NCBI GenBank assembly: GCA_016840405.1
Contig: JAEOSK010000037.1
Coordinates: 1-27,165 of the forward strand
Origin: Candidatus Hermodarchaeum yapensis
GTDB lineage: Archaea; Asgardarchaeota; Hermodarchaeia; Hermodarchaeales; Hermodarchaeaceae
DNA: 27,165 nt
Direction of reading: 5' to 3'
The notes beneath the pieces were generated by a model. It was given only the letters and a program-made list of their open reading frames with translations. It did not search any database and had not been told where the DNA came from. Below, piece after piece: positions 26,726 through 27,165 of the stretch. How positions within the stretch are numbered: position 1 is the first letter of the stretch; each line of letters begins with the position of its first letter. The position numbers and the translations under genes are program-made.

Positions 26726-27165
26726 ATGTCACAGGCATATTATTGGAGAACCCGTGAAGACGCCGCTCTGCTCGCTATTGCAGTCGGGCTTTTCGGGGTC
26801 GTTCAGATAATTCTCTCGTACGTCATGGCGCTGGTCTATTGGATCATCTCGCCTGTTGTATTATCCTTTGTGCCCTTTGGGGTGATCCTTGCTCAAGGGG
26901 CAACGGTAGCAGTACTCGCTAATCTGCTTGCTGTTAGAGTCTTCCCCCACCGAGTACAACGCGGCGTTCCTCAACCCACTCCCGTGCGTCAATATTCACG
27001 CCGCTTTGCGATTTCCCTTCTTGCAGTAGCAATGGTTCTAGGGATTTGGGGAGGAATCTTCGCTCTTATCTGGTACTTTTCGGCATGGACCCAAATCGCT
27101 TACCTTGTAGGTTATCTTATCGGCAATACCGCTGGCGCCCTCACCGCCCTAAGTCTGGTCACCCT
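26726..27165 (+). CDS. Multi-pass membrane protein, 3'-truncated by window edge
   Basis: GAGGT SD, ATG 26726, open to the end of the window (MSQAYYWRTREDAALLAIAVGLFG...), with at least four hydrophobic segments. Not in the supplied ORF track. Confidence 0.75.
   Translation, partial: MSQAYYWRTREDAALLAIAVGLFGVVQIILSYVMALVYWIISPVVLSFVPFGVILAQGATVAVLANLLAVRVFPHRVQRGVPQPTPVRQYSRRFAISLLAVAMVLGIWGGIFALIWYFSAWTQIAYLVGYLIGNTAGALTALSLVT

Noticed and set aside
26260-27165. Integrated element at the tRNA-Ala 3' end
   Set aside because: No integrase and no duplicated tRNA 3' end (att site) are visible within the window.

Overview
Archaeal chromosomal window, probably Asgard-like. This is inferred from a NosD/beta-helix surface protein, an IPGF-CTERM sorting signal and the sepF-PUA-lsm-rpl37e neighbourhood. 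Left: the end of a group 3c-type [NiFe]-hydrogenase operon (mvhG partial, mvhA), followed by an accessory region. The most unusual feature is three extra, diverged and broken copies of the mvhA 3' end (3403-3513, 4117-4214, ~4987-5024). The intact end and each copy are directly followed by a different unrelated cargo gene. This coincides with an extreme C/A-to-G/T strand-skew flip inside mvhA at ~2130, suggesting a serial gene-capture hotspot with no recombinase gene in the window. Middle: membrane/surface proteins, and an arsM / Cys-rich PadR / nitroreductase / flavin reductase cluster with five copies of a TAT(T/C)GG-N4-(C/A)CAATA palindrome. Also present are two small ORFs missing from the supplied track, a tandem paralog pair and several metabolic enzymes. 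Right: a conserved archaeal RNA-modification/translation block (NSUN6-like, pcm, DUF371, trm5, sepF, PUA, Lsm, rpl37e), an intron-containing tRNA-Ala(GGC) and a partial membrane-protein gene. All calls are from motif recognition by eye; no database searches were run.
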